NCBI RefSeq assembly: GCF_041956535.1
Contig: NW_027192195.1
Span: 1,116,652-1,180,651 of the forward strand
Length of the DNA stretch: 64,000 nt
Direction: 5' to 3'
DNA from: Calcarisporiella thermophila CBS 279.70
Taxonomy: Eukaryota > Fungi > Calcarisporiellomycota
Below are positions 38,417 to 52,800 of the stretch, piece by piece. The translations under genes were made by a program, and so were the position numbers. How positions within the stretch are numbered: the stretch's first letter is position 1; the number at the start of each line of letters is the position of its first letter. The notes beneath the pieces were generated by a model. That model had not been told where the DNA came from. It did no database searches and saw only the letters and a program-made list of their open reading frames with translations.

Positions 38417-40688
38417 ATGCTGTTGAGGACCCGCCGGTCTGATAAGGATCTTCGTCGCAGGCAGGATGCTCAGCCCATCTCTGTCTCAAAACCCACCATC
38501 GACACAAAGAATCTCGCCATTATCCCCCCCATCAAGGCCATCAGGGCGCTATGCGATTACCAGGCCACACTTCCTGGCGAACTCTCCTTTTCAAAGGGAG
38601 ATTTCTTTCATTTGATTGATGATAACCTTGGAAACTGGTATGAGGTCTCCAATCCTTTAACAAAGGTGAGGGGAATGGTGCCCGCACACAATTTTGAAGT
38701 GTTGGAAAAAGGGAGACAGGGGACAAGAGGAGAAAATATGAAAACTGGAGCAGGAGGATCATCTGGTATTTCAAATGGACCATGGTTGAATTCTAAAACC
38801 CCCCTCTGATCCGATTCTGCTTGTCTTTGGTAGTGTTAGTTGCCACCCTCCCGGAGCCAAATGTTTTCCAGGCTTTGGTGGTATGCGTCGTAGATTCGTT
38901 CTCCCCTTTGGATGATGCCCTCTAATTAAGCTTGCATTCTCTCTTTTCTTATCTAAACAAAAGTTGTACGATTTCTCTGCCGAGCGTGAAGATGAACTGG
39001 AGGTGAAGGCTGGCGAACGCATCTTGGTGCTTGCCAATGCAAACCCTCAGTGGCTAGTCGCTAGACCTTCTGATCGCCCGGGCAACCCAGGGTTAATACC
39101 GCTCTCCTTTGTACAAATTCTCTCCCACCCATCCCAATCTAATCCACCCGCCGCCGCTCCCGCACCGAAGCCGACCCTAGAAATACACTCCACCGAGCCT
39201 CCGCTTACGCCAGTGTCGCCCACGCACCCGCACTCTCCCATCAAACCCTTTGGCGACTTTTCACGGAAGATGTCGGAACACAGTGTTGGTGGAGGAGGGG
39301 GCGGGGGTGGGGATAGAGGCGGAGGTGGGGAGGGCAATGGGGAGAGACTGTTTGTGAGAAAAGAAAAGGTCTCCATCACTTCCTCGTCAAGCAACATCTC
39401 CATCCTTTCTCCCCCTCCGGAGGAGGAGGAGCAGCTTGAATTTCCCCTGGCGGTTGCTACCGTCATTGATGCACGGGCGGAGGCCTATTGGTTTGAGGGG
39501 GAGATGTTTATGTGTCGGGTTCGCACTACCTTCTCGGACGGCACCTCCCAACTCATCACTCGCTCCTACGACGATTTCTACTCTTTTCACCGCCAGCTCT
39601 TGGCCCACTTCCCCTCCGAGGCCGGCCGCACCAAGGGACAAAAGCGAACCCTCCCGTTCTTGCCGGGGGCCGTCCAGAAGGCGGATGGAGAGGTGGTGGT
39701 CGCCGAGCTGTGTGATGCCCTGACCCTTTACCTGAGAGAGCTTTTCCGATTGCCTGGCCATATCCTTGGTCACCCGTTGGTGGAGCGCCTGTTGCCGCCA
39801 AGAGGCCTACAGCTGCCCAATGGAGGACAAGGCGAGAGAAGGCCCAGCGACTACGCGATGATGGGCCACTCGGCCCCGACAGAACACCTGTACACTCGGT
39901 CTGCATCCGTGCCTACCATCCCGGCCATTCCCACCAAGAAACAGCCTGCCTTTACCCCATCCGCTCAAAAAATGCATCCCCCCCCGCCCCCTCCACCCCC
40001 GCCCTCCTCCCAACCGAAACAGGAGCCCCCATCCTTACAGCGCCATTCGCATCAGCGAACGCAACTCCGTCGGCCAAGGGCCACCATTTCGGGGATGGCT
40101 GCAGGTCACGAGCACGGCAAGCCAACCACAGAGCGCGGCGCACCGTCTCAGGCTGGATTGTTAAGAAAGGTGGCCTCTGCGCCCCGCCTCCGCAATCCTA
40201 AGCAGGTCTCATCCACCGCAATCCCATCGGCTATGCCGCTAGGAAAGGCGCCCGCACCTCTCACGGAGCGCGTCCATCCGCAGCCTAATAAATCTCCCAA
40301 CATGGGCGCGTCGAAACTCCCCATGCCCAAACGCGCCAATTCGCGGCCCCCACAACTCGATACGCCTGCAAAACCGCTTCCCGTCCACGCATCCATTCCC
40401 ACAACTCCTACCTCTACCTCTTTCTCCTTCCCTCATCAATCCCAGTCGCGCTCCCACGATTATATCAAAGTGAAGGCGCACCTCGACGACGAAATCATCG
40501 CCGTCCGTATGCCGCTCTCACTGACCTTTGCGGACCTACAGGCAAAGCTTGCCGACCGACTTGAGGGGTGGTCGCGCATCGAGTGGCATGATCCCCAGAG
40601 TGGCCGGGTGGTGAGCGTGCGCGGGGACGGAAGGCTCAGGGAGATTCTCGACGTTTGTGGGTGGAAGTTGGTGGTGCACTTGCATTAA
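38417..40688 (+). CDS. BEM1: Polarity scaffold Bem1/Scd2 (SH3-SH3-PX-PB1), multi-exon
   Basis: IRALCDY..ELSFSKGDFF..GMVP; LYDF.AER.DEL..W..PGLIP; PX RSYDDFY.FH..LL..FP.EAG..RTLPFLPG; PB1 IKVK. Confidence 0.9.
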
Positions 40689-41613
40689 TCGATGTATTTT
40701 GTATAAAGACATTGCCCAGGAGGTTATGCGAGGGATTGTCCTCAGCTCTATACATACATGAACACATACACCTACATACATCTATATATTTCTATATATT
40801 TCTATATATCTGCGGTGACTCCTTTAATTTTTTTTTTTCCCGTTCCGTCCCGTTTCATTTCGTTTCGTTCTCTCTCTTTTTATGTTAAAATGTATTATTC
40901 ATCTCCCTGCCATCTGCTGCGCTTTCTTTTTATTCTTTGATGTTCATTTGTTATTTTTTTTCTCCTATTCTTCTTTCGACTCGCTTCTCTCTCTCATCCC
41001 CCGAGAAAATGGTCATCTCTTGTAGGCAGTGCATTGTTCCGTTCCGTCCATTCCACATTTATCTATAAATGTTGCATCCGGTTGTTTCCATATGCCTTCA
41101 TCTTGAGGTTGGACCCGAAAGCTGCCAACCGTGGAAAACGGTGTATGCAATCTCTCGGAAAAAAGAAAAAGAACTGCAAAGGCACAACAGGTCGCATGGC
41201 CTGGGAACCCTACCGGAGAAGGGCGGCCGGGATTGGTGGGTTCCGGCGTCTGAAAGGCTGTCTGATGATCGAATGAATGCCTAATTTGCCACCTTGTGCA
41301 AATCAAGCGACGGGCAGCTGGTGAGAGGAGATCGAGAGCGTAAGTGTTTCATGCTATGTTTTCTACCCGAAATACCCTGTCTATTTGGTGCTCTTTTTCT
41401 CCTCTTCCTAGCTCTGTATTTTAGCATTGAGTTGCTTCTCATAGTTAACATATCCCTTCTCCCCCCTCCCCATCTCCCACCCCATTCCACTGCTAATACT
41501 TCTCCTGCCTCTTCTTTCTACCAGCATCGCTTTGGTTACGACAATACCTTCTGGAACACTTTGTGCGTGCGTTTAGGCTAATCTCTGTGTACAACAATCT
41601 TATCACTATCTGA

Positions 41614-43700
41614 ATGAGACTCTTTCCATCCTGTTTTGTCTTCTCTATTCTTCCACTGTTGACGCACTCTTACCATCAGCTTCGATTCCGCTCCCTGGAT
41701 ATATTTGAGACGGCCGCTGCTGAACCAATACCACCGAGCTTTCGATTCGAGGAAGCGAGCATCGTCGACCTACAGGTAATGTGCCAGAGAATAAAGAAAA
41801 GAAATGCAGGGGGATCGAAGCGGAGGCGAAGCAGGGCTAATTCCATGAACCTTTCCATGCAGAGAGCCTTAGATGGGGGTGAGATAACAAGCCGTCAGTT
41901 GGTAGCTTGGTATTTAAATCGCATCAAGGTAGCAATGTTGACGCAGATCCTCGCATAGTAGCTTGCTTCTGACCTAATCTATGCTGCTGTAGAGGTACGA
42001 TGGGACCTATCGATCGGTGCAACAGGTGAATCCCGATGTGTTCCACATTGCTGGTATGAGTGCTAGTGGGGGATAGGTTGGATTTCCCAGCTAGAATGTT
42101 AACGGCAATGACGTTTCTACTAGACTCGCTCGATGCCGAGAGAAAGGCTGGAGAGAAACGAGGTCCATTGCACGGAATACCGATATTACTGAAGGATGTA
42201 GGTGCCTTCTTTTCTTCTTATACAGAGCCGCCATTATACTAGAACATACTCATCCCTGTGCATACTAGAACATCGCGACAGGCGATCAGATGGATACCAC
42301 CGCTGGTTCACTCGCTCTTCTGGACATTCGCTGCCACCCTCCCCGTGATTCTTTCCTTGCCCAACGTTTGCGCGCCCATGGCGCGATCCTCCTGGGCAAA
42401 GCCTGCATGTCCGAGTGGGCCAACTTTCGAACTCTCAACGGATCAGCCCACACCCGGTATCATGACCCCGACGGATGGAGCGGGCGCTGTGGCCAGACGG
42501 CCAACGCATACAACACCTCCACCAGTCCAAGCGGGTCCAGTGGAGGCTCTGCGGTGGCCGTTGCGCTCAACTTCGTCACCGCCGCCCTGGGAACGGACAC
42601 AGATGCGTCCATTGTGGCGCCTGCATCGGTGCAGGCTTTGGTTGGTATTCGGCCAAGCGTGGGGCTGACCTCGAGAGATTTGGTGATACCCATTTCACGG
42701 AGCCAGGACACAATAGGTCCTTTGGCGAGGGGGGTGGAGGATGCAGCGGTTTTGCTGGACGTCCTGGTGGGAAGGGACGCAAACGATCCGGCGACCGATC
42801 TGCCGCCCCCTCCGGCCGAATGGTGGAGGAATCGTCAGCCGTACACCAGCTTCTTGAACCAGGATATCCGGGGGATGCGGATCGGGGTGCCGCAGCGGGA
42901 TATCTGGTTCCAAATTCTAAAGCGCCCCGAGGAACAGGCCGTCGTCAACAAGGCCATCGAGACACTGGGCAAGCTAGGCGCCGTCATCGTGGAGAATGCC
43001 AACATCACCACGTCAACCGAAATCCTCGGCACCAGCTTTGGCCCAAAACACCCGGAGTTTGAGCTGCTGATTCGCGACTTCAAGCGGGACTTGGAGCAGT
43101 ATCTTCTCCAGATGCCCGCCTCTTGCCCTATCAAGCGACTCAGCGACGTCATCGAATTCAACCGGAAGCATAGCGAGCAAGAGCTGGCCGTGTTTGGTCA
43201 GGATGTGTTCGAGCTCTCGGATAAGACCCGATTTGGGGACGAGGAGTACTGGAGCCTGCTGCTGAAGGTCAGGAAACTGGGAGGAGGAGGGATCGACGAT
43301 GCCCTGCAAAGGCATCGATTGGATGCCTTCGTTGTTCCCCTCAACTGGAACTTCTTTCCTCCACAGCCCGTGGCTATGGCAGGGTAAATATAGACACCCC
43401 TTAACCTCGGTGTTGGGCCGAGGCGCCGAGGTTAGGGCTGATTTTAGAGCTAGGGTGGAGATACTGACCGCGCTCTCGCGCCTCTTTTTTCGCCCTTTTT
43501 TTTTTAGGTATCCCATGGTCACGGTCCCCGTGGGATTCGATGCCAATGGCGTCCCCTTCGCCCTTGGGTTCTACGGCGGTCGGTTCACGGAGGGCACCCT
43601 GATACGAATCGCACATGCGCTCGAGCGAGAGACGCGTGCTCGACGTCCACCCTGGATCGTCGAGCGAGCTGTCGCGTATAGGAGCCAGGGAGGAGGATAG
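41614..43700 (+). CDS. Amidase signature family protein, possibly secreted, multi-exon
   Basis: GPLHGIPILLKDNI, TTAGS, GSSGGSA, GTDTDASI..PA; hydrophobic N-terminus. Confidence 0.9.
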
Positions 43701-44735
43701 GATATTTTTTTCCATTGTGCTCTAGTGTCATGACCTAATAAAACCTATCCCAATCTCCTGCCGCAGGCCTAATCGGCTTTGAAAAATCCGATTGTCTGGG
43801 TACCTGAAACGCTTTGTTCTGGAAAGAAAAACGATCCACCACGTCGCCGAATATGGGAGTGGAAGCCGACTAGGCTTCTGCCAATTCGGAAATCCCGTTC
43901 TTTCCGCCTAGGCGCATGAGAAAGAACGTTTCAGTTTCAAAAATGTTCGATGGTTTTTCCGAATTCGCTTGTTATTTCTCTTAACGAAAAAGAGATCATG
44001 CGAGACGAGGAAGAGCTAATGCGAAACCAGAGTCTTCCATCGTAGATGGTTTCGCGCACGATATCCTCTCCGGAGGAAATCACTGCTCCATTTAATTAAC
44101 TCGCCCCCGGGCGATTGGCCGCAGCAGAATCGAGACTCTGGACGGTTTTCATTTATCCTCCCACCTCTCCTCCTCAAACCTCCCTCCCCCATTTTTCTCT
44201 ACACGGCCCGAATCTGTGTTGGCCTCCATTAGGAAAATCGAAACTAGCTTGGCACGTATTATATAAAGCCGGTGCCTAGTCATCCAGACTTGCCGCTATT
44301 ACAAATCCACATTCCAGACCATTATTAGGAGGAGGAATCTCCATATTGATTCAACTGAGCTGCAATTTTGCCGGCCTCTCTTGAACTGGATCGATCCCCT
44401 CGTAGAACAACACCTACACACTCTCTATATTACTATTTTCAATCACTCTTTCCCATCCACTTATAAAATTCTCCTCCTACTCCCACAGGTTTCCCATTTC
44501 TTTCTTTCTTTTACTTTTTCTTTTCTTTCTTCGACTTCTTTAATTGCATTCCACGGCTGCCCAACCCCTAGCCCGGCCCTTGTATCGTCCCTCCTGCACA
44601 CCCACCTCAACCTCGCCTGTGTCTGCATCTCTCTCTCTTACTAATTCTCAAGTCTATACATAAATACATCCCATTTCTTATTTATCCACCATTCACCACT
44701 CTTGTTCCCCCTCCCCCTTCCCTCTGAGTGATAAC

Positions 44736-45596
44736 ATGACTCTCTATTCCGAAGTTAGCCCCCCCATTTTTAATGATGAATTTGATGTGTCCAATTTTGA
44801 CGCTATCATGTTGGACTTGTGGAGTCCGGAATTCCTCTCCAAAGATCCTCTCGGGCTCCAGTTCCCGCTTCCTTTGCAGCCCTACAAGAGCAATTTCGAA
44901 ACGCTCTCGGCAACTGCATTCCCCCAACAGAGCACCCTATGGCCTCAACAGCCTTCGCCTGTGTCCGAAGACCTGCATCCACTGCAACTCCCTCCCGAAA
45001 CGACCAACACAGAAGCAATTGCGGACATAAATGCTGTGGCCCCCCCTTATTCATCCCCTGCCGCGACGTTAGTAGATAACCTCATGCCTTCCTTCCCGCA
45101 GGACATAAACCCAGATAGTCCCACCTTCCTGTACTCGCCCACTTCCTCTCCTCCCCGCTCCAACTCCATTGTGCCTCCCTCCTCTCTGCGAAAACCCCCC
45201 CATGAATTCTCCCACCGTCGCTCTGTTGATTTCTCCAGCCCCATCCGTCCGATAGCCCCCGCAATGAGATGCCCTCACTCTTCGTGCGGGAAGAATTTTA
45301 CCCGCCCCCACAATTTGCGCGCGCATCTTCGGTCGCACGAAGCAAGAACGCCCTTTGACTGCTGCTTCTGCCAACGCTCCTTCTCACGAAAGCACGACTT
45401 GCATCGACATGTCCGCCTTCACACAGGTGATCGGCCCTATGAATGCCCTGCGTGCAATCGGGGGTTCATGAGGAGCGATGCGCTGAAGAGGCACTGGAAG
45501 CAGGAGGAGCGCTGTGCACAGAGCCCTTCTGTCATGAACATGAAGCAGAGGAGGCGGTTCTCCTCGGTATCCACCGATAACATGCCGCGGAAGTAG
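44736..45596 (+). CDS. C2H2 zinc-finger transcription factor
   Basis: Three C2H2 fingers with an HTGDRPY linker after a Pro/Ser-rich region. Confidence 0.88.
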   Translation: MTLYSEVSPPIFNDEFDVSNFDAIMLDLWSPEFLSKDPLGLQFPLPLQPYKSNFETLSATAFPQQSTLWPQQPSPVSEDLHPLQLPPETTNTEAIADINAVAPPYSSPAATLVDNLMPSFPQDINPDSPTFLYSPTSSPPRSNSIVPPSSLRKPPHEFSHRRSVDFSSPIRPIAPAMRCPHSSCGKNFTRPHNLRAHLRSHEARTPFDCCFCQRSFSRKHDLHRHVRLHTGDRPYECPACNRGFMRSDALKRHWKQEERCAQSPSVMNMKQRRRFSSVSTDNMPRK

Positions 45597-45988
45597 CCCC
45601 CTTGGGCGTGTGTCTCAGCATATTGTATGTATGTATGTATGTATGTACGTATATAAGAGTGTATGTTTGGAAGTCTAGGCAACTTCGTTTTCAATCTATT
45701 GTATTTAAGTGTCTCATTTGTCGTTCAAAATATCGGTTTCTGAGGGAATGGGCCTTTTATCTGTTTGTTGTTATCATACTCGATTATCCTTCTTTTTCTT
45801 GTTTAACGTTTTTTTTTGTTTTTTTCTTTCTTTTTATTTCACTTTATCTAACGAGAGCAATCGTGTTGCTCTATTGTACATTTTGTTTTTTATTCATTAG
45901 TAATATATTTTTGGTTTTGAATTCGAATTCGTTAGCTCCGAACTGTCCGAAAATTATAGGGTTATACTAATAATATTAAAAATTCGTA

Positions 45989-46408
45989 ATGCCTCACATC
46001 ACGCGCAAAGAACAAGAGGCCGCTTACGAAGAAGCCATCAGGGCCGGGCTCCTGGGTGGGATAAAGTGGTTTCTTCTCGGCATGGGGGCATCGCTTGTCG
46101 CGCAAAAAACTTGGCCAGCGTATCAAAGGCTAACATTGCCTTTCAAGGTAAGTGAGGAATGAGATCGCATCGAAACAATAACTATGCTGACGAGTGCCCT
46201 CGTCGACCCAATGCATCATGGCCGGTCCACTAGACATTCCTAGTGTGTAGCGGTAAGCATTCTTCAAAGTGGCCCAGGCATTCACTCTCACTAATGCTGT
46301 CTGTTTTCTTTAGCCACAACATGGGGAATTGTGGTGGCAGCAGATCATAAAATGATCGAGGAGGCCCGCAAGAAAGCTACGATGCGGACGCGACAGAACC
46401 CGGAATAA
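45989..46408 (+). CDS. Small membrane protein resembling the Rcf2 N-terminal region, 3 exons (absent from ORF track)
   Basis: Spliced MPHITRKEQEAAYEEAIRAGLLGG...WPAYQRLTLPFK|TFLVCS|ATTWGIVVAADHKM with canonical GT-AG introns. Confidence 0.65.
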
Positions 46409-47204
46409 CTTCCTTCTATGTATATGTGTGTATGTGTATGGATTTCCCTTTTCCTCTCGGTTGCTTGACAGTTATTATTTCTTTAATAAATTGATATTTC
46501 CTACGTGATTTCTAATGCAGCGAAATTTTAATTGCTTCTATCCTAAACGAATTGGCACAAGGCATTAAATCCAGTGATGATATTAAGGGGGGAGGGGGGC
46601 ACTTCCCTAGTCAATGGTAAAATTTTGAAGAGCAGCCTTGTTTTCTTGGCCGTCTCTCGGTTCCTAATAGTCGCCGAATGATCCTTCTATATCCTTTCTT
46701 TTTTCTTTTCTCTTGGCCGGATCCTAAGCCACCCGAAACAAATCCGCGACAAAATTTTTATAGCGAACCAGTAAATGGGTATTATTCAACGCCGACTCTA
46801 TTTTTTTTCTTAGTCCCTTAACCTTTTTACCTTTTTCTTTTTTCATCCTCAGTCTTTTGTTTTGTTTTGTCGTCGCCTTTCGGCCCCTCTATCGAACAAG
46901 ACGATTAACACCCGCAGTTAATCGGTAACGTTTTTACTTTTGGATAGGGTTCCCAACGCCCCTCTTCCTTTTTTTTTGGGCTTCATTTCCATTCTGACTA
47001 AACCCTGTTGGTCTATCAATTAGAGGCGATTTTCTTTGACTATTTCCTCCAATTTGCTTTGCGATCGGTGGCCCCTGCCCATAGACAAATACCATTCCTC
47101 CTTCCCATCGCTGTAGCTACATTATCTATATTCTTGTTGCTGTTGCCGGTGTCCGCCTTTCCCCTCTCTTCACGTCTCGCTTTAGCATTTCTTCTTTGAA
47201 CATC

Positions 47205-49004
47205 ATGCCCTTAATCCACGCAGTCGAGTACGTCGCTCCGATATCTGCAGTTCTGGCCATCGCCCTCCTCCCTCTCGGGCCTTTACTCTTCCCCCGCGCA
47301 TATATTCTTTTTCTTCTCTCATACTTTTCCCTCTTTCTCTATCTTTCCATCAATCACTTTTTCAAGTTCTGCATCACGGTGCGTCAAATTAAGAGAAACG
47401 TCCGGCGGTGGAACCAATATCTGTCGACCAACCGCAGCCCTTCTTCGTCCGCTAATGGCAACAATGGTGCAAATAATGCGACCCTGTCAAATAGCAGAGT
47501 GTCCTATGACTTGGATGGGGGGGAGGAAGATCGGCTGAATGAAATGGAGTCGGCGCTGAAGCCTTACGATGACCATTACTTTGTACATGCATTTATTATT
47601 CCTAACTATAATGAACCTGAAGCTCTCCTGCGTGACACGATCAAGCGATTAGCGAGCCATCGGTAAGTTCTCGTTTGCGTGTCGACTCCAGCCTTCCCTC
47701 TTCATACTCATATATTCTCCATCCTTCCGACCAGACACGCACGCACAAACTACGTTATCATTCTCGCTATGGAGGCACGTGAGGTCAATCAAGTTCAAAA
47801 GGGTGCATCCCTGCAAAGCCAGTTCGAGTCCAATTTCCTCCATTTTATCGTGACGGCGCATCCCGCTGGGGTTCCTGGCGAAGCGCCTGGTAAGGGAAGT
47901 AATGTTTCCTACGCGGCACGCGTGGGCTGTAGCGAGTTAGTGCACCGTGGTATCGATAAACGGCGCATCATTATCACGAACACGGACTCTGATGCCTCGA
48001 TTCCAGAGCTCTATGTGCAGCACGTAGAAAAAACCTTGAACGAGGCCGACGACCCATACGCGCTTCTACTGGCGCCGCCCATCTTTTTCTCGCGGAATTC
48101 ATTGGAAGTGCCTGCGCCCGTGCGCGTGACGGATATTGTGTGGAGCATCATGGTGATGCAGAATTTGAGCAATGGCAGGGGGATGGCGATTCCTTGTTCG
48201 ACGTACACCCTCTCTCTCATGCTCGCAGAGCGGGTCGGATACTGGGATGTCGATGCCGGGGCAATAGGGGAGGACATGCACATGTTCCTAAAGGTTTTCT
48301 TCCGCACCGACGGATATGCAAGGGGAGTCCCCATCTACGTGCCCGTAAACATGACGAATGTGCAAACCACGGGCTTCATGTCCAACATGTATGCGCGCTA
48401 CGTGCAGGCACGGCGGCATTACAAAGGCGTGGCCGATGTTGCTTATGCGCTGCGTTCGGCCCTCGTGCCCAAGAGCACCCCGTTGGACACAATGATGGGA
48501 TCGCAGGAGCGCAAGTCGAATGCGGGAGCCTTCCTCGACAAATTCCTGGTGTGTTTGCACGTGCTTGAGGCGCACATGATCCCCGTCACTAGTGGTTGGC
48601 TCATGTTCGCGGCAGTCCCGGTCACCCAGTTCCTTCTCTTTCCCCCCGCCCCTCTTGTGCCCTACGTGGCGCCTGCGGAAAACCCTATTCTGACAAGCGA
48701 GTTCTATGCCACCATCTGGAACCTGGTCAAGATCCTCACCGTGCTACTCCCCATGCCCCTCCTTGCCTGCGTGGTGCTCTATGAGGGCCTCCACCGTGTA
48801 GTGGAGCGCGAACTGTTCCGCAAGCCCCGCCAGGGCTGCCGGAGCTTCAAGAACGCCGTGGACTACTTGTGGCTGCCGGTCAGTGCCTGGCTCTTCATGA
48901 CGCTCCCCTCGACCATTGCATCGGTGCAACGATTTTTCCGGGAGGACGACCACTATCATGTGGCAGAGAAGGTGTTTAATGGCGAAAGCGATTCAGAAGC
49001 GTAA
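47205..49004 (+). CDS. Membrane-bound glycosyltransferase family 2-like protein, 2 exons
   Basis: IIPNYNEP, GKGSN, DSD, IGEDMHM, QARRH (QxxRW-like), flanked by TM segments. Confidence 0.8.
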
Positions 49005-49826
49005 TTCTATATACTATTCCATTTTTTTATTTTCACCCCCCCCTTCCTCTCCCCTCCCTCCTCTCGCCTCCCTCCCCCTCACTCTTAACTTCTTAATGGG
49101 ACTGTATTAATCTAGTTTTTTTTCTTATTATGGGTTTGCGGGAATGTGGGATTTCTTAGAGGCCCGTGTAGCGCGCGGAAAAAAAATTTAAAACCAATGT
49201 TTTCAACATATTAGCTTGTCTTTTAATTTATTTTTGTATTGTGCATTTTCTTCTCTTCTCTTATACTTTTTCTTTATATATATACACATGTATGTCTTTT
49301 CCCTTTCTTCTTATTCTGCATGTTCTTCTCTTAATTAAGGAATTTCTTTACTAGAACAATTGGACGCTCGAATCTTGAGTAGAAATATTGGTTGATATCA
49401 CGTTCTGGTTCACAAAGTTGCCACCTATACACCGATATCGAGAATGCGCATTTTTTTCAAATCGTAGCAGAAAAAACGGCCTACTCGTGCCGCTTGATTA
49501 AAGTCAAATCTATAGGAGTTTAATATGAAGCTTGAGGTCGTTATGTGATTGAACGTATATTTGGTAAACAAATTGTGGAAGGAGTATACGAGATTTAAGC
49601 GGTCAAAGCTAGTGGATATCTTCCCATTATTCACATTTGATTCGATTAGTGTATTTTTTTTTAAGTTATATGTTCTCCCCCATCAAGAATCTTCCACCCA
49701 AAAAACAATCCTTTCTATATGGTGTAAATTAGGGGGTGTGACTGCTCTCTCCAGTGTCGCGAATTCAAGCGCGTCTCGCAAACCGGCTCATTTTGTAGAG
49801 TGTTGTGCTCGATCAGTTCGTTAAAC

Positions 49827-52800
49827 ATGCCCTCCCGCCGTAACCGCAAGATTCTTGAGCAGGAGGAAGAGGAGGGAGAAGAGGAGGAACTCAGCACTCG
49901 GAGCCAGCGAGAAAGGAACGGCCGATCTGAAGCGGATGGAGAAAGAGGCCAAAGCACCCTTCCTAATCTAAAGCGCCAGCGAATCCAAACCGAATTATCC
50001 AGCGATACTGACGGGTAGGTGTCCTATATTTTACTTGAACATCTTGGAATAGCTTTTTGTAGAATGAATTTTGCATTAATGCATGCTATCCTGTGCATTA
50101 CTCGCCAGCTTTGTGAACGGCTCCATTGTGCGTGTGTCCTTGGTTAATTTTGTGACCTATGACAAGTGCGAGTTTCGGCCAGGCCCACACATGAACATGA
50201 TCATTGGACCAAATGGATCTGGGAAGAGCAGCATTGTATGCGCAATTGCTTTAGGGCTAGGCTGGAATACTTCGGTAGATGTGACTCAGCTTGAATTGCA
50301 GGTTTTATGCATCGATACTAATTATCACCACTGGTTTTGTTTATTGGGACAGCTATTGGGTCGAGCCAAAGACATCTCTGAGTTTGTAAAGAAGGGCAAA
50401 GAACGGGCTTCAATCGAGATAGAGCTAAAGAGGAGGGGTGGAAATGTGATAATCAAGCGTCTCATCAATTTGAAAGATAACCATTCAGTGTGGAAGCTCA
50501 ATGGTAATTACGCTATGTTAACTAAAGACAGCTGCCCTGCTAACACTCTCGTTCCGGACCAAAGGTCAACCGAGCACCCATCGCGAAGTGGTGACCAAGA
50601 TAAATAGCCTGCACATCCAAATTGATAATCTTTGGTATTCATTCATTATTTTTCATTCCTATACTATGAAGAAAACCCTAATCATGTCAAAATGCACATT
50701 TAGCCAATTTTTACCTCAAGATAAAGTCTCAGAATTTGCACAGGTAACGATAAAATATATGATGTGAGTTATCGGTTGTGGATATGAACGAGTGTTTCCA
50801 CTTGGATTTAGATGACACCTCCCCAGCTTCTCAGGGCGACGGAGGAAGCGGCGGGGGAGAAAAGAATGGTTGAGATGCAGGATAAATTGATACAACTGCG
50901 CGAGCAAGAAAAGGCCTTTACCTCTGTAAATATTGGATGAAATTGCTGGGACTGAGCCATTTTCTAAACTTTATTCATCTTGCTTGGCAGTCTTTGAATT
51001 TAGAACGCAGTGAGCTGAAGGGGTTAGAAAATGGGATCCAACTATTAGAGCGAGATATGCTTCGGCACAAACAAAGAGAGAAAATCTTAAGAAAGGTACA
51101 ATAGTTTCCGCTACCGTTTTAGGAGAGGATGCGGTGGTAACTAGACCTTTCATTAGATACGAGTAATCGAGATGCGGATTCCCTTTGCGAAATACGGAAT
51201 CGCCAAGAAAGCTTATGACGAAGCGAAGCAGGAACGAAATGCGGCAAATCACGAATTGAATCGCATTAAGAGCCAGGCTCAACCCGCACAAGAGCAAATC
51301 AGGTAAACGTGGGGGACTGTTTTTGATTTCGAGCAAGTAGGCTTAACCTCTTCTGAAACCCGATGCAACCTCAGTGAGCTAAAACGATCCTTGGAGCATG
51401 CAAACGCACTCAAAGCAACGCTTCGACAGCAAACCACCCGATTGCAGAGTCAGATGACCCAGAAAATCAATAGCCTTGAAAAAAGCGAGGCTGAATGCGA
51501 TGACCAACGGAAGCAGCTGCAGCTCATCCGCAAACAGGAAAAAGAGCACCAACAGAAAATCGTGAATCTCCGGAACAACATCGAGACGCTTGAGGTGCAA
51601 GTAGCCCAGGGACCGCCGGATTCCGACACCTCGGAGATACAAAGCGAGATCCACCAGATTACAACTCAGTTGCGGGAGGTGGTCGCCCAGGTGGAGGATC
51701 TACAGAACGAGCAGAGGGAAATTGCGCAAGAGGGCAAAAAGATAAATTCGCAAATCAACGAGAAGCTTAATCGGTAATTCAGCTGTGCTAACAATTGGAT
51801 AATGAAAAGGAGACACGTTTTGCATTAACATACCGACCTGATCTCTGTTCATAGTCGCCGGGAACTAGACAATGTTCGCATCCGGCGCTTAGAAGCACTG
51901 AAGAGGCAAGACCCCGCAGTGTTCAAAGCCTACGAAATAGCACAAGAGCATAAAGACCAGTTTGATAAACCCGTACTGGGACCGATCTGCCTTGAACTCA
52001 ATATTAGGGACAAGAGATTCGTCGGTGCCATTGAGAGCACACTCGGCAATGCGATTTTGAAGGTATTGCTTTTTCAAATTTAGCTCGCCTATTCATAGAA
52101 TTTGAATGTGCTGGTGTGAAAATTTGTTTTTTTTTTTGGTTTGAGAGTAGACGTTCGTATGTCAGACTGTTGCCGACTATCGCCGTTTCACTCGTGAGCT
52201 AATCGATAAAAGGAAGATGAGATTAAATGTGGTTGCATTTCCTGATCGTACCATGGCGGACTATCGTCCCCCTGTGCCAGTCGAGGAAATTACCAAATTA
52301 GGGCTAGAAAATTACCTGATCAGCTATGTCGAAGCACCACCTCCAGTGCTAGTAACGCTATGTGAGCAAAAACGGTTGCATGCTATTGTAAGTCAGAGCC
52401 CTAACAGTTTCAGCCAATGAAGAATGAAAGACGATACACTGGTATGTTGACTAATATTTTGGTCGCAATAGCCTATCTCCCCCAATGAAAAAGTCGATCA
52501 TCGACTCATTGCGCAAAACTCTCAGTTGAATCAGTACATTGCTGCGGATGAGTTCTTCTCGATCAAATTCTCGCGATACGGGAATAAAACTCCATCGACC
52601 ATTTCAAGTGAGGTTCGTGCCGGGAGATTCTTGGTGGACTCTGGTATGAATGAGGTGTGGTTTGAAATAAAAAACACGAGCTAACTATGATCCGTTGAAT
52701 TCAGTGGACATGGACGTCATCCGGCAGGTCGAACAAGAGATCGACGACCTTCGTACTCAACTTACCACCAACGAGGGTCGCATCCGTAATCTCAAAGCAA

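Noticed and set aside
39047-43715. Many antisense and alternative-frame ORFs over BEM1 and the amidase
   Set aside because: Expected shadows of GC-rich coding sequence.
45624-45650. (TGTA)n tract, and similar low-complexity A/T runs elsewhere
   Set aside because: Ordinary microsatellites; no repeat-spacer (CRISPR-like) array seen anywhere in the window.
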